Assembly: GCA_023205875.1 (NCBI GenBank) | Contig: CP060756.1 | Location: 1,116,001-1,180,000, forward strand | DNA: 64,000 bases | DNA from: Chloropicon primus | Taxonomy: Eukaryota | Reading direction: 5' to 3' | In this document: positions 62,963 to 64,000 of the stretch, one piece after another | How the letters are laid out: each line of letters starts with the position of its first letter | Position numbering within the stretch: position 1 is the first letter of the stretch | Translations under genes and position numbers: made by a program | Notes under the pieces: model-generated | Databases searched by the model: none | Seen by the model: the letters and a program-made list of their open reading frames with translations, nothing else | What the model was told of the DNA's origin: nothing

Positions 62963-64000
62963 ATGGTACCGGGGACGTACCAGTACAAGGGAGACCTGGG
63001 GAGGGGTAAGGCACTGGGGGTGCTTGTGACTCTCCTCCTCGTTCTCTGTGCGGCAGCGTGCGGGAAGGCGTCCGGTGCGAAGAACGACTACCAGTACTTG
63101 GAGATCGGGTATGGATTCAAGCCCGTGCTGTATGATATAAGCCCGAACTCGAATTGCGATAAGGATATCAAGGACCGCTGCAAAGAGGCAGCGCAGGTGA
63201 GCACCGATCAGTTCAAGGCCATCAGCGACAAGCTTAACGCGAACTCGACGGGATTCTTGGCCGAGGTGAAGACGAGGGCGCCCATATACAACTGCTTGAG
63301 GGAGGGCGAGAAGTTCGCGGACAGCTTGGACGAGACGTACTCGCAGCCGTGCGAGGAGCTCTTGGATACCTTTGCTGCCAGGAACACGAACTTGGAGAGG
63401 TTGAAGCTCTTGGCGAGCTGCAAGAAGGACTTGGACCTCCTCGAGTGCGAAAAAAGGAACGTCCACCCCGTCTCTTGTCTCTCGAAGAGCAAGGAGCCCG
63501 TCTCCCAGCGATGCGCCGTGCGGTTGACCAGCATGAAGAGCAAGTTCGCGGGGAAGCTCGACCAGGATGTCCCTCTCATGAAGGCCTGCGAGAACGAGGT
63601 CAGGATCTTGTGCAGGACAAGGACGAACAAAATAAGCTGCCTCAAGTCCAAGGTCGGCGACCCCAAGGTTTCGACCAGGTGCAAGAAGGAGATTCACCGC
63701 AGGAAAGTCGAAGAGTCGGAGGACATCAGGTTCAACAAGTACCTGTTCTCCGTCTGCGCCCTGGACAAGGAGCAGCACTGCAAGGACGTCCCGTTCGGTC
63801 AAGGGCGCATCGTCACGTGCCTCGAGAAGTTCTACGGAACCCTCCAGGCGGAGTGCAAGTCGGCGATCAAGCAGCAGATCCTCGACAAGCAAAAGGACTC
63901 GACCCTCGATGTGAGGTTCCGGCTGCTTTGCAAGGAGGATGCCCAGAGCCTGTGCCCCGTTGAGTTCCAGGTCCTCGAGGATCCCTTTGAGATCAACATG
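62963..64000 (+). CDS. Golgi apparatus protein 1 (GLG1)-type cysteine-rich repeat protein; runs off the window edge
   Basis: Signal/anchor then repeats such as DIRFN..L...C..D...HC..VP.GQGRIV.CL; frame open to the end of the window (absent from the ORF track). Confidence 0.82.
   Translation, partial: MVPGTYQYKGDLGRGKALGVLVTLLLVLCAAACGKASGAKNDYQYLEIGYGFKPVLYDISPNSNCDKDIKDRCKEAAQVSTDQFKAISDKLNANSTGFLAEVKTRAPIYNCLREGEKFADSLDETYSQPCEELLDTFAARNTNLERLKLLASCKKDLDLLECEKRNVHPVSCLSKSKEPVSQRCAVRLTSMKSKFAGKLDQDVPLMKACENEVRILCRTRTNKISCLKSKVGDPKVSTRCKKEIHRRKVEESEDIRFNKYLFSVCALDKEQHCKDVPFGQGRIVTCLEKFYGTLQAECKSAIKQQILDKQKDSTLDVRFRLLCKEDAQSLCPVEFQVLEDPFEINM

Overview
Gene-dense (~47 protein genes in 64 kb) eukaryotic nuclear DNA from a photosynthetic green alga. 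Evidence: short GT-AG introns with CTRAC branch points, TGTAA poly(A) signals, plastid-targeted proteins (SppA, TrpC, CBSX, Tic56, ALB3) and very short intergenic spacers; the style suggests a compact picoalgal chlorophyte such as Chloropicon (inference). Most genes are housekeeping: SEN34, MPP10, metaxin, GcvT, IscU, RPS30, RPS26, RPL35A, DPM1, RFT1, NAA35, adenosine kinase. I found no rRNA, tRNA, transposon or CRISPR array. Most interesting observations: (1) an intact calpain carrying a UBA-like domain, an NLS, a GRF zinc finger and a canonical PCNA-binding PIP box, suggesting a chromatin or DNA-protein-crosslink protease; (2) a peroxisomal (SKL) thiolase-FabK/nitronate-monooxygenase fusion; (3) a bacterial-type uronate isomerase (UxaC) that has lost most active-site residues and gained a type II membrane anchor; (4) a FANCA-N-terminal-like protein; (5) a mitoregulin-like 45-aa micropeptide head-to-head with metaxin and possibly bicistronic; (6) a palindromic bidirectional poly(A) signal between two convergent genes. 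All homology calls come from motif recognition by eye, with no database search.
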